This document shows, piece by piece, positions 35,161 to 43,209 of a stretch of DNA of 64,000 bases. Each line of letters opens with the position of its first letter. The stretch's first letter is position 1. The position numbers were made by a program, and so were the translations under genes. Source of the stretch: Candidatus Methylomirabilales bacterium (lineage in GTDB: Bacteria; Methylomirabilota; Methylomirabilia; Methylomirabilales; CSP1-5); assembly GCA_041599135.1 (NCBI GenBank), contig JBFHXD010000001.1:7473-71472 (forward strand). Reading direction: 5' to 3'. The notes under the pieces were generated by a model that was given only the letters and a program-made list of their open reading frames with translations, searched no databases and was not told the DNA's origin.

Positions 35161-37137
35161 CTACACGTCCTGATTTGTGAGGAGGAGATTCCCTTGAGCG
35201 TCCACCGAGGCCTCCCACCCTGATGGGATAAGCGTGGTGGCACTCATCTCCACGACCAGCGCCGGCCCACCAATCCGGTTGCCCGCCCGCAACGCCTCTC
35301 GGGCGAAGACGGGGGCCTCCACCCAATGATCCTCGAGAAAGATCCGGCGCGCTCCGACGCAGGCCGATGCCGGATCCGCTGAACCCTCGTCCACCCCGGG
35401 CAGGGGTGGCTTCTCGACCTCGCCCCTGGCCCGAAGGCGGAGCGTCACGCTTTCGGTCTCCCGCGTAGGATTCGCGTAGCCATAGCTTCTCTGATGCATT
35501 TCGTGAAATCGCGTCGCGAAATCCCTTGCGAAGGGCACACGCAGCTCATAGGACTGTCCGAGGTAGCGCATGTCCACGAAAGTTTCCGTCGTGATTAAAT
35601 GCTCGGGCACCCCCTCATCTTTCATTTCGCGGAGCCCCTGCTCCTTGAGCAGGCTCACGATGGCCTCGAGCTCATCGAACGGCGTCGTGGCTGTTGGCCG
35701 CAAAATCGTCTTGGCGTAATCCTTCACCACGTCGGCCACCAACATCCCGTAGGCCGACAGTAGTCCTGCATGCATCGGGACCAACACCCGAGGGATAGAG
35801 AGGCAGGCGGCCAGGGAACAGGCATGCAGCCCTCCCGCGCCGCCGAACGAGACTAAACAGAACTCCCGAGGGTCGTAGCCTCGCTCCACGGAAATGACCC
35901 GGATCGCCTTTTCCATGACCGCATTGGCCACGGTGATGGTCCCTTCCGCCAGTCGAAGCGGGTCGAGCTTTATCTGGCGGGCAAAATCCGTCATCGCTGC
36001 CTCGGCTCGTTCCACCTCGAGCCGCATCTTCCCTCCAAGAAACCGGTCCGGATCGAGTCGTCCCAGGCAGAGGTGCGCATCCGTGACCGTGATCCGGTCT
36101 CCCCGACCGTAGCAGACCGGTCCGGGATCGGCCCCCGCGCTTTGCGGGCCGACGCGCAACGCGCCTCCCTCATCGATCCAGACTAACGACCCGCCTCCTG
36201 AGCCTACAGTGTGGATATCGAGCAGAGGAACGCGAAGCGGCAGGCCCCCAACGGCGGCCTCGGTCGTCACACTTGGGTCGCCGTCAACCAGAGAGACATC
36301 GGTCGAGGTGCCGCCCATGTCGAACGTAATCACTTTCTCAAAGCCCGCGTGCCTCGCGACGGAGGCAGCTCCCACGACGCCCCCTGCCGGACCCGAGAGG
36401 ATGGTCCGGACCGCCTCCTGGCGAGCCGTCGCCGCAGAGATACTGCCTCCATTGGACTGCATGATCCGGAGACGTCCTTCCCCGACCTCTGCTTCGAGAC
36501 GGCCGAGGTATCGTTCCATTAAGGGCGAGACGTAGGCATTCACCACGGTAGTCGCGCACCGCTCGTACTCGCGGTACTCTGGCAGAATCCGGTGAGACGC
36601 CGAAACCGGTATTCCGAGTGCCACGGTCCGTTGCATGACTCGGGCCTCATGACTCGGGTTGGCATATGAAAAAAGGAAGCAGATGGCGACCGACTCGACC
36701 TGCTCTTTGGCCAGGTGGCCTAACAGAGGACCCAGACGCTCGTCATCGAGAGGCTCCAGGACCTGTCCTCGACAGTCCATCCGCTCTCGGATGCCGAAGC
36801 GGAGCGAACGGGGAACCAGCACCGTGGAACGCTCAACCATAAAATCGTAGAGGCGGATGCGATCCTGGCGGGCGATCTCAAGCAGATCTTCGAATCCTGC
36901 CGTGGTAATCAGGGCGACTTTCGCTCCCCGCCGCTCGAGGAGGGCATTGGTCGCCACGGTGGAGCCATGAACAAGCTGCCATCCTTCCTGTCGAAATGCC
37001 TCGTCAGAAAGTCCCTCGAGCACACCCCGGGCCGGGTCGGGTGGAGTGGAAAGCACCTTGCGCGTCCAGAGTCTCCCCTGGGTGACAAAGACGAGATCGG
37101 TGAAGGTCCCCCCCACATCCACGCCGATCTTCATCAT
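35161..37137 (-). CDS. Hydantoinase A / 5-oxoprolinase-family subunit (HyuA)
   Basis: MKIGVDVGGTFTDLV (ASKHA ATPase N-terminus), GPAGGVVGA, and FDMGGTSTDVSL. Confidence 0.9.
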   Translation of the reverse strand: MMKIGVDVGGTFTDLVFVTQGRLWTRKVLSTPPDPARGVLEGLSDEAFRQEGWQLVHGSTVATNALLERRGAKVALITTAGFEDLLEIARQDRIRLYDFMVERSTVLVPRSLRFGIRERMDCRGQVLEPLDDERLGPLLGHLAKEQVESVAICFLFSYANPSHEARVMQRTVALGIPVSASHRILPEYREYERCATTVVNAYVSPLMERYLGRLEAEVGEGRLRIMQSNGGSISAATARQEAVRTILSGPAGGVVGAASVARHAGFEKVITFDMGGTSTDVSLVDGDPSVTTEAAVGGLPLRVPLLDIHTVGSGGGSLVWIDEGGALRVGPQSAGADPGPVCYGRGDRITVTDAHLCLGRLDPDRFLGGKMRLEVERAEAAMTDFARQIKLDPLRLAEGTITVANAVMEKAIRVISVERGYDPREFCLVSFGGAGGLHACSLAACLSIPRVLVPMHAGLLSAYGMLVADVVKDYAKTILRPTATTPFDELEAIVSLLKEQGLREMKDEGVPEHLITTETFVDMRYLGQSYELRVPFARDFATRFHEMHQRSYGYANPTRETESVTLRLRARGEVEKPPLPGVDEGSADPASACVGARRIFLEDHWVEAPVFAREALRAGNRIGGPALVVEMSATTLIPSGWEASVDAQGNLLLTNQDV

Positions 37138-37940
37138 CTGTCACCCTCGCCAGACGCTTTTCCATCTTCGTCCAGCAGATCGGTGATGAACATATGACCA
37201 GGGGCATGGGTGATCATGAGCTCGGGTTTCGCATGCATGGCGACAGCCTGCGGGGTCACACCACAGGCCCAGAAGACCGGATGTTCTCCTGGACGGATCG
37301 AGACCGGGTCCCCGAAGTCGGGTTGGCTCAGGTCGACAATGCCAATCGCTTCAGGGTCGGCCAGCTGGACCGGGGCCCCGTGGGCCAGCGGGAAGCGAGC
37401 GGTTACCTCGACCGCTCGCGGGATGAGGGAAGCCGGGATCGGACGCATCGAGACCACCAACGGTCCGGAAAAAACACCAGCCGAACGGCACGACCGATTG
37501 GTGATGTACATCGACACATTCTTCCCTTCCTCGAGATGCCGGACCGGGACACCCGCCCTTTGAAGCGCAACATCAAAGGTGAAACTACAACCTAAAAGGA
37601 AAGCAACCAAGTCGTCCCGCCAAACCCCACGCAGATCGGTCACCTCCTGCGCCAGCTCGCCACCTCTGTACACGCGATATTTCGGGAGATCAGTCCGGAG
37701 GTCCGCGCCTGGCGCAACCGCCTTCGTTTCCGCCTCGCCTGGATCGGTGACCTCCAGCAGAGGACAGGGCTTGGGATTACGGTGACAGAAGACGAGGAAG
37801 TCGTATGCCAGCGCCTGTGGCAGAATCACCAGGTTGGCTTGCACGTAGCCATCGCAGCAGCCGGCCGTGGGGCCTTGCCACTCGCCGGACCGGATCTTCG
37901 CTCGCATTGCCTTCGGATGAAGATGATTGGTGAGGCGCAT
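37134..37940 (-). CDS. DUF1445 / UPF0317 putative hydro-lyase (N-terminal-domain family of D-glutamate cyclase)
   Basis: RAKIRSGEWQGPTAGCCDGYVQANLVILPQALAYDFLVFCHRNPKPCPLLEV is the characteristic DUF1445 N-terminal block. 4-nt overlap with the hyuA start. Confidence 0.75.
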   Translation of the reverse strand: MRLTNHLHPKAMRAKIRSGEWQGPTAGCCDGYVQANLVILPQALAYDFLVFCHRNPKPCPLLEVTDPGEAETKAVAPGADLRTDLPKYRVYRGGELAQEVTDLRGVWRDDLVAFLLGCSFTFDVALQRAGVPVRHLEEGKNVSMYITNRSCRSAGVFSGPLVVSMRPIPASLIPRAVEVTARFPLAHGAPVQLADPEAIGIVDLSQPDFGDPVSIRPGEHPVFWACGVTPQAVAMHAKPELMITHAPGHMFITDLLDEDGKASGEGDR

Positions 37941-37946
37941 ATTCGC

Positions 37947-38369
37947 CTATCGGGTCTCTTTGCTCTTGGTGATGAGAATGGTCGTGGTGTAGCGTCGGGT
38001 CTGGCCCTGCTCATCAGGGATGACGGAGCCGCCGGGAAAATGATTCACCCGGACCTCGAGCTCTGGTACCGCTGCATCCTTACTTCCCTTCAGGACGAAC
38101 CGGTACGTCTCCGTCCCGTCGGGATCCTGAGTGCGTTCAGGTGTCTTCCCGGTCCTCGATTCATAAAACCGGGCGACCGAAATGCTCACATCGTTCGAGG
38201 CAAAGAGATAGCGCTGAGCCGGCCCTTGGGTGAAGCTTTCCACAAAGGTCGCCTTGGGATAAATGGGGACTCCCAGAGTCTTTTCCGAGGGTCGCCTCTG
38301 CGCATGGGCAGATACGCCGAGGAGCAGCACAAGACCGAGAACGGCTGCACATCGTGTGCTGGGACTCAT
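37947..38369 (-). CDS. Secreted protein of unknown function
   Basis: Signal peptide AAVLGLVLLLGVSAHA-Q. 140 aa. G-rich RBS. First gene after a terminator. Confidence 0.55.
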   Translation of the reverse strand: MSPSTRCAAVLGLVLLLGVSAHAQRRPSEKTLGVPIYPKATFVESFTQGPAQRYLFASNDVSISVARFYESRTGKTPERTQDPDGTETYRFVLKGSKDAAVPELEVRVNHFPGGSVIPDEQGQTRRYTTTILITKSKETR

Positions 38370-38511
38370 CCCCTCCCCCTTTCTCCATCACCTGTATTTC
38401 CCGGGGAAGCCAGAGGTGAGAGGAGATCCCCCCGGCCTCACTGGATATCCCCAAGATAGGAACAGGATGGCTGCGACGCAAACCTTTTTTAGAGGAGGGA
38501 AGAGGTCCGAA

Positions 38512-38549
38512 CAAAAAAAGGGGGCGGAGCGTGATTGCCTCCGCACCCC
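38512..38549 (-). terminator. Rho-independent terminator
   Basis: Minus strand: GGGGTGCGGAG-loop-CTCCGCCCCC (10 bp, one bulge) followed by TTTTTTT, 27 nt after stop 38576. Confidence 0.75.
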
Positions 38550-38575
38550 TCGGCTCTCAGCACGGACTACAGGAG

Positions 38576-38836
38576 TTATCCTAAATTCTCGACCGTCGTC
38601 TGAGGTCGCGCCGGTTGCACCGCTGCGGCCTCCCACCACGCCGAGATGCGCTTGGGCTGGGCGACGACCGCCGGCCTCGTGTACACAGTGAAGAGACTCT
38701 GGGCACAATCTGCGCAGTAGGCAGTGCCCTCGGGGGCATACGCGCAGGTCGGGCAACAGAACTCGCCACAGTGAAGGCACCCCCACTCTTCTATGATCGA
38801 CTTGAGTTCGAATCCGCATCCACACATCCGAGGCAT
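38576..38836 (-). CDS. Small Cys-rich zinc-finger (B-box-like) protein
   Basis: AAGGAGGAG-N4-ATG. The 86-aa product has 9 Cys in the first 44 residues (CGC...CLHCGEFCCPTC...YCADC). Confidence 0.6.
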   Translation of the reverse strand: MPRMCGCGFELKSIIEEWGCLHCGEFCCPTCAYAPEGTAYCADCAQSLFTVYTRPAVVAQPKRISAWWEAAAVQPARPQTTVENLG

Positions 38837-38901
38837 CGACTCCTCCTTGGCAATTAATCTTTAGAGCAAAAGTCACGGGCCGCGGTGACCGCCGCGCCCC
38901 G

Positions 38902-38936
38902 AATAAAAAGCCACGGGGCAGCGTCTACCCCGTGGC
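38902..38936 (-). terminator. Rho-independent terminator
   Basis: Minus strand: GCCACGGGG-tagacgctg-CCCCGTGGC followed by TTTTTATT. Confidence 0.75.
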
Positions 38937-38957
38937 TCAATCCGCAGGCCCGCAGTG

Positions 38958-39038
38958 CTACGGGCCGCCCGCCAGGGGGCAGACGCCACGTACACCTACG
39001 AGCACAACTCCGATGATCCGATCGAATCCGGCCACCAA
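38958..39038 (-). CDS. Candidate 25-26-aa hydrophobic peptide (below the ORF-track cut-off)
   Basis: AAGGAG (39048-39043), then in-frame TTG 39038 and GTG 39035. Product is (M)VAGFDRIIGVVLVGVRGVCPLAGGP, ending at TAG 38960-38958. Flanked by its own promoter and terminator. Confidence 0.3.
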   Translation of the reverse strand: MVAGFDRIIGVVLVGVRGVCPLAGGP

Positions 39039-39061
39039 TGGGCTCCTTGTAATGATCAACT

Positions 39062-39091
39062 TTAATACCACGTGACGCGTCTTCATGTCAA
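39062..39091 (-). promoter_or_regulatory. Sigma-70 promoter of the small-peptide/sRNA unit
   Basis: Minus strand: TTGACA (39091-39086), 18-nt spacer, TATTAA (39067-39062). Confidence 0.55.
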
Positions 39092-39171
39092 GTCCTTATT
39101 TCTGCTGGGCTCGTCCCCTATCCCGATCCTCGGCGGCCACGCCAACTGCTCATGCGGTCCTCCCCTTGCCG

Positions 39172-39969
39172 TCACGGGCGATTCCCGGAGACCGGCTTTT
39201 GCGCGTAGTTCGCCGCGGCCTTCAGCAAAGCCCCGAACAACTTCAGATGGTGTTGATCCCGGAAGCCCAAACGTTCGGGGTGCCAGTGGACTCCCACGAC
39301 GAACGGACTCCCGGTGACCTCAATCGCCTCGATCATGCCATCAGGAGAGACTGCACTCACCCTGCAGGTTTGGCCAAGCGCCTTGATCAATTGATGATGG
39401 TGACAGTTGACGCGCAGCGATGCTTCGCCAAATATCTCGTGCAAGAGAGTCCCAGGTGTTACGGTCACGGAGGGCATCTCACCCTGTTCCTGCCAGCTCC
39501 CATCGTGGAAATCCATGGCCGTATCACAGTACGCCAGGTCTTGATACAGGCTTCCCCCGAGGGCCACCGCGATCAGTTGCATGCCCCGGCAAATGCCCAA
39601 GACCGGCATCCCGCGCTCGACGGCCCCCCGCAGAAGTTCGACTTCGAAAAGATCCCGTTTCTCGTCAATGGCCCCGCACTTTTCGAGGACGAACTCTCCG
39701 TAAAAGGAGGGATGAATGTCCTCTCCCCCCGAAAAGAGCAGGCCATCAGCAAAATCGAGATATGCCCCAATGAGTTCGCGATCGTATCCCGGAGTGGGCA
39801 AGATATAGGGTACCCCGCCACCTTCCACCACCCACCAGGAGTACGATCCTCGGACTCTATCTTCGTGCCCACCCCCCTGCTCCTCAAGGGAGTGCCTCCC
39901 GCTCGTGATACAGATGCGCGGCCGCACAGAAGGCGACTCCGGATTGACCTCGTGCCTCTCTCCCCTCAC
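39172..39969 (-). CDS. Peptidase C26 / class-I glutamine amidotransferase-like gamma-glutamyl hydrolase (PuuD family)
   Basis: GICRGMQLIAVALGG (nucleophile Cys) and the HHQ and WHPE blocks. The GTG start overlaps the upstream stop (GTGA). Confidence 0.8.
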   Translation of the reverse strand: MRGERHEVNPESPSVRPRICITSGRHSLEEQGGGHEDRVRGSYSWWVVEGGGVPYILPTPGYDRELIGAYLDFADGLLFSGGEDIHPSFYGEFVLEKCGAIDEKRDLFEVELLRGAVERGMPVLGICRGMQLIAVALGGSLYQDLAYCDTAMDFHDGSWQEQGEMPSVTVTPGTLLHEIFGEASLRVNCHHHQLIKALGQTCRVSAVSPDGMIEAIEVTGSPFVVGVHWHPERLGFRDQHHLKLFGALLKAAANYAQKPVSGNRP

Positions 39970-41570
39970 CGCTGCGCTCCTACGCTTCCCTTCATGCCAG
40001 CTCCAAAACGGCGTAGTACACGCCCGGCGCGCGCACCGGTGTGTTCTCCCTCCTCAACCGTGATCACGCCGTTCACGAGCACATAATGAATGCCGTCCGG
40101 GTACTGGATCGGGTCTTCGTAGCTTGCCCGATCCCTCACCCCCTCGGGATCAAAGAGGACCAGGTCCGCATAGTAGCCAGACGCGACGAGGCCCCGACTA
40201 GCCAGCCCAAAGCGACGGCACGGATCGAATGTCATCTTCCGCACTGCGGTGGGAAGCTCAAGCAGGCGCTTTTCGCGAACGTAATACCCCAAGACCCGCG
40301 GGAAGGTGCCGAAGGTGCGGGGGTGAGGCCGGCCCCGGCTCAGCGGACCGACATGGGCCCGGGTCCCGCTATCGGAGGCGACCATGACGTAGGGCCGGCT
40401 CAAGATCTGCTCAAGGTTCTCTTCAGACATAGTGAAAAAAATGGCGTCGACGCGTGCCTCCTCTTCCGTGAGGAGATCGCACGCAAACTCGATCGGTTCT
40501 TTCCCGGCCAACGTGGCCGCCTGATCGACCCGCATTCCTTCGTACCGCCTATTCTCCTCACGAGTCACCTCGGCGATCATGATCTGATCCCATCGCCGTT
40601 CAGCCAGTTCCAATCTCAGTCGCTGCCGGACCGCACGATCCCGCAATCGGGAGACCTGATCCTCCCTGCGGCCCTCCAGCACCCACGACGGCATGACGGC
40701 CTGCAGCCCCGTGTTCGACGCCGTGTAAGGATAGCGATCAGCGGTCACGTCCTGCCCGAAGGACTGTGCCTCTTCGATGAGGTGGAGGGCTTCCGGCAGT
40801 TTTCTCCAGTTTCGCTCGCCGGAAGTCTTGAGGTGGGAAATCTGGAGAGGAATGTGAGCCTGCCGAGCCACATCGAGAATTTCCCGGATCGCCTCCAAGA
40901 GCCCGTCCCCTTCGCTCCGCATGTGGCAGGTGAGCACGCCCCCTTCTTCGCGAGTGACGCAAGCCAGCGCCACCAACTCTTCGGGCTCGGCAAAGCAGGC
41001 AGGGGCGTACACGAGGCCCGTCGATAGGCCGAGGGCCCCCTCCCGCATTCCCTCGCGGACTGCCTGGATCATTGCCTCCATCTCCTTCATCTCAGGCGGC
41101 CGGGCCACTCCCCCCATGGCCGAGCCTCGGATGGTGTTGTGGCCGAGGAGCAGACCAAAGTTGATGGAGAACCGCTCGGCGGTAAGGGTCTGGAAATACT
41201 CGTGGACCCCCTGCCATCGGTGGTCGAGGCCAAACAGCTCCCGGTACGTTCGGGCGCGCTCCTCTCTCCACTCCCCCCAGATCGGCGCGGCAGCATAGCC
41301 ACAGTTGCCCCCGATCTCTGCGGTTACCCCTTGGCGGACCGCGCTCTCCGCGCGCGGATTCAAGAGCAGATAGTAATCGGAGTGGGAGTGGGCGTCCACG
41401 AACCCGGGACAGGCGATCAGCCCCTCTGCCCGAATAATTCGCCGCCCTTCGGTTTCAGAGACCTTCCCGACGGCAACGATGCGATCCTCCTTGAGCGCGA
41501 TGTTCCCGACATAGGCCGGCGAACCGCTCCCATCTACAATCGTTGCACTCGCGATGACTAGATCGAACAT
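39966..41570 (-). CDS. N-acyl-D-amino-acid deacylase (D-aminoacylase, amidohydrolase superfamily)
   Basis: FDLVIASATIVDGSG...PGFVDAHSHSD metal-binding start. 534 aa. The typical D-aminoacylase C-terminal beta-barrel segment is present. Confidence 0.85.
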   Translation of the reverse strand: MFDLVIASATIVDGSGSPAYVGNIALKEDRIVAVGKVSETEGRRIIRAEGLIACPGFVDAHSHSDYYLLLNPRAESAVRQGVTAEIGGNCGYAAAPIWGEWREERARTYRELFGLDHRWQGVHEYFQTLTAERFSINFGLLLGHNTIRGSAMGGVARPPEMKEMEAMIQAVREGMREGALGLSTGLVYAPACFAEPEELVALACVTREEGGVLTCHMRSEGDGLLEAIREILDVARQAHIPLQISHLKTSGERNWRKLPEALHLIEEAQSFGQDVTADRYPYTASNTGLQAVMPSWVLEGRREDQVSRLRDRAVRQRLRLELAERRWDQIMIAEVTREENRRYEGMRVDQAATLAGKEPIEFACDLLTEEEARVDAIFFTMSEENLEQILSRPYVMVASDSGTRAHVGPLSRGRPHPRTFGTFPRVLGYYVREKRLLELPTAVRKMTFDPCRRFGLASRGLVASGYYADLVLFDPEGVRDRASYEDPIQYPDGIHYVLVNGVITVEEGEHTGARAGRVLRRFGAGMKGSVGAQR

Positions 41571-41573
41571 GAC

Positions 41574-41594
41574 CGATGACCGTTTACCGATGAC
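41574..41594. repeat. Heptamer array (family B), short copy
   Basis: CGATGAC CGTTTAC CGATGAC directly abuts the D-aminoacylase start codon (41568-41570). Confidence 0.6.
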
Positions 41595-41635
41595 GGCTCG
41601 ACTGATCTCGTCGAAGTCCGACGACGGAGGACTGG

Positions 41636-42487
41636 TTACCAGGCAAACAAAGCATTTTGATTCGTTTTTCGGGTGCTTCGGCGCCCCCGATATCGGACCG
41701 TGTCCACGGGGGAGCCATCAGGGGCCCGTAACGTCGCGGCATCCCCATCGTTATTCCAGATGGGACCACGGGACTGCCAGTAGAGCACGATCTGCTCCTG
41801 CGGATCTGTCAGGTCCGTTCCCCGCCCACTCAACAGCAGCACCGAGTAGCCGGGCTTCAAGGTCAGGGCCGGAAAGGTGTAACGGTGGCCATGGCGGTCG
41901 GTGACGGTGTAGCCGCCAATGTCCACCGCGTCATCGTCAACGTTCGCGATCCGGACATACTCTCCATTCGGATTGCGGCGATCATTCCCTGGCGCGTTGG
42001 CCTTGAGCGAGGTGATCTTCAGAGGCCCGATGATGGACTCCCAGATGCCGCGCCGAGCAGCCCGCGCCTGCCGCTGAAGTTCGAGCAATCGGTCGTAGTG
42101 TTTGTGGTTGGGGGGAATCACCAGGAGATGGGCGAGCCCCGCCTCGATGAGCCGCGCATTCACCATTTCCCCATGAACATACACATATGCCAGCAGGCGA
42201 CTGTACTGATCTTCCCGAGCCTCATCCTCCTCCAGCGTCACCAGCCGCCCTTCCGTCAGCCGTCGATTCAGGGCGGTCGCCATCTCAAAGTACGGCTCAT
42301 GCCGTTCGGGAGCATTGATGCCTAGATACCGGACCCGCCTGCCATCTTCGAGCACAACCGTGTCCCCGTCGATCACCTGCCGGATTTTGGCTGAGACTGC
42401 GACCCCCGGCACAGCCTGCACGAGTACCACGAGCAGCGCAAAGATCGGGACCGCTTTCCATTGATTACAAGAGGGCAATCCTGTCAC
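41636..42487 (-). CDS. Secreted staphylococcal-nuclease-like (SNase) protein with a C-terminal lamin-tail (LTD) domain
   Basis: GTG 42487 is preceded by GAGGAG-N7. Signal/TM AVPIFALLVVLVQAVPGVAVSA. SNase block VIDGDTVVLEDGRRVRYLGINAPE. LTD block NAPGNDRRNPNGEYVRIANV. Confidence 0.75.
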   Translation of the reverse strand: MTGLPSCNQWKAVPIFALLVVLVQAVPGVAVSAKIRQVIDGDTVVLEDGRRVRYLGINAPERHEPYFEMATALNRRLTEGRLVTLEEDEAREDQYSRLLAYVYVHGEMVNARLIEAGLAHLLVIPPNHKHYDRLLELQRQARAARRGIWESIIGPLKITSLKANAPGNDRRNPNGEYVRIANVDDDAVDIGGYTVTDRHGHRYTFPALTLKPGYSVLLLSGRGTDLTDPQEQIVLYWQSRGPIWNNDGDAATLRAPDGSPVDTVRYRGRRSTRKTNQNALFAW

Positions 42488-43199
42488 GGTATTTCTCCTC
42501 GAGTCGGCGATTGTGCTCGTCCCCTCCCGGAAGATTGGCACTCAGATACACCGGCGGGGTCAGGCCTTCGACGAGATAGTGTTCCACCACACGGCAGATG
42601 AGGCGGTTCATCAAGAAGATTCCAGTGACGGCCGAGGTGGGACCGACCTTGCCCTCCCATCCGGGATAGGCGACAGCGGCATCTCCTGTCTCTCCACCGT
42701 TATCCAAGCACAGGTCGGCAACCTCGAAGAGCCGTTTCCCGCTCGGGTGCCGGGCCGGCACCGCCTGGGAATGCACCAGGGACGTCAGGGCAATCACGAA
42801 GAGTCCTCGCTGTTTGGCCTCAAGGGCGATCTCGACCGGCACCGCGTTGATCCCGGAGTTCGACACCACAATCAACACTTCCCCGGGTCGCAGGTGGTGA
42901 CGATCGAGGAGGATTGATGCCATCCCTGAAAGCCGTTCCATCTTGCGGGTCACGGCCGGAGGGGCAAGCGGAGTGAGAAAGGTCTCGTGAATCAGATTGA
43001 CTGGAACAAGCCCGCCCGCTCGATGAAACGCCTCCTGCGCAACCGCGATGGAATGACCGCTCCCGAAGACGTGCAGAACGCCCTCCTGTTTGAGCGACCC
43101 AAAGATCGCCTCCGCGGCCTGCTCTAACGCTGCCCCCTGCGTCTCTTCGATTTGACCGAGGAGTTTGAGCACTGTGGCCGTGTACGGGTGCTGCTTCAT
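42465..43199 (-). CDS. SIS-domain sugar-phosphate isomerase/etherase-like protein (UPF0309-like)
   Basis: In-frame ATG 43199. VLHVFGSGHSIAVAQE and LIVVSNSGINAVPVEIALEAKQRG are SIS phosphosugar-binding blocks. Confidence 0.7.
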   Translation of the reverse strand: MKQHPYTATVLKLLGQIEETQGAALEQAAEAIFGSLKQEGVLHVFGSGHSIAVAQEAFHRAGGLVPVNLIHETFLTPLAPPAVTRKMERLSGMASILLDRHHLRPGEVLIVVSNSGINAVPVEIALEAKQRGLFVIALTSLVHSQAVPARHPSGKRLFEVADLCLDNGGETGDAAVAYPGWEGKVGPTSAVTGIFLMNRLICRVVEHYLVEGLTPPVYLSANLPGGDEHNRRLEEKYRDRIALL

Positions 43200-43209
43200 G
43201 CGCCTCTCA

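Noticed and set aside
39118-39153. 10-codon mini-ORF MSSWRGRRGSG with an AAGGGGAGG RBS directly after the C26 peptidase stop
   Set aside because: It is too short and too low in complexity to support as a gene. The Shine-Dalgarno-like purine run may be fortuitous, or it may act in ribosome re-initiation.
39085-41027. 333-aa and 328-aa + ORFs (39085..40086, 40041..41027) antisense to the C26 peptidase and D-aminoacylase genes
   Set aside because: The minus-strand genes carry clear catalytic motifs (GICRGMQ; DAHSHSD) and are translationally coupled. The + ORFs are Arg/Pro-rich shadows.
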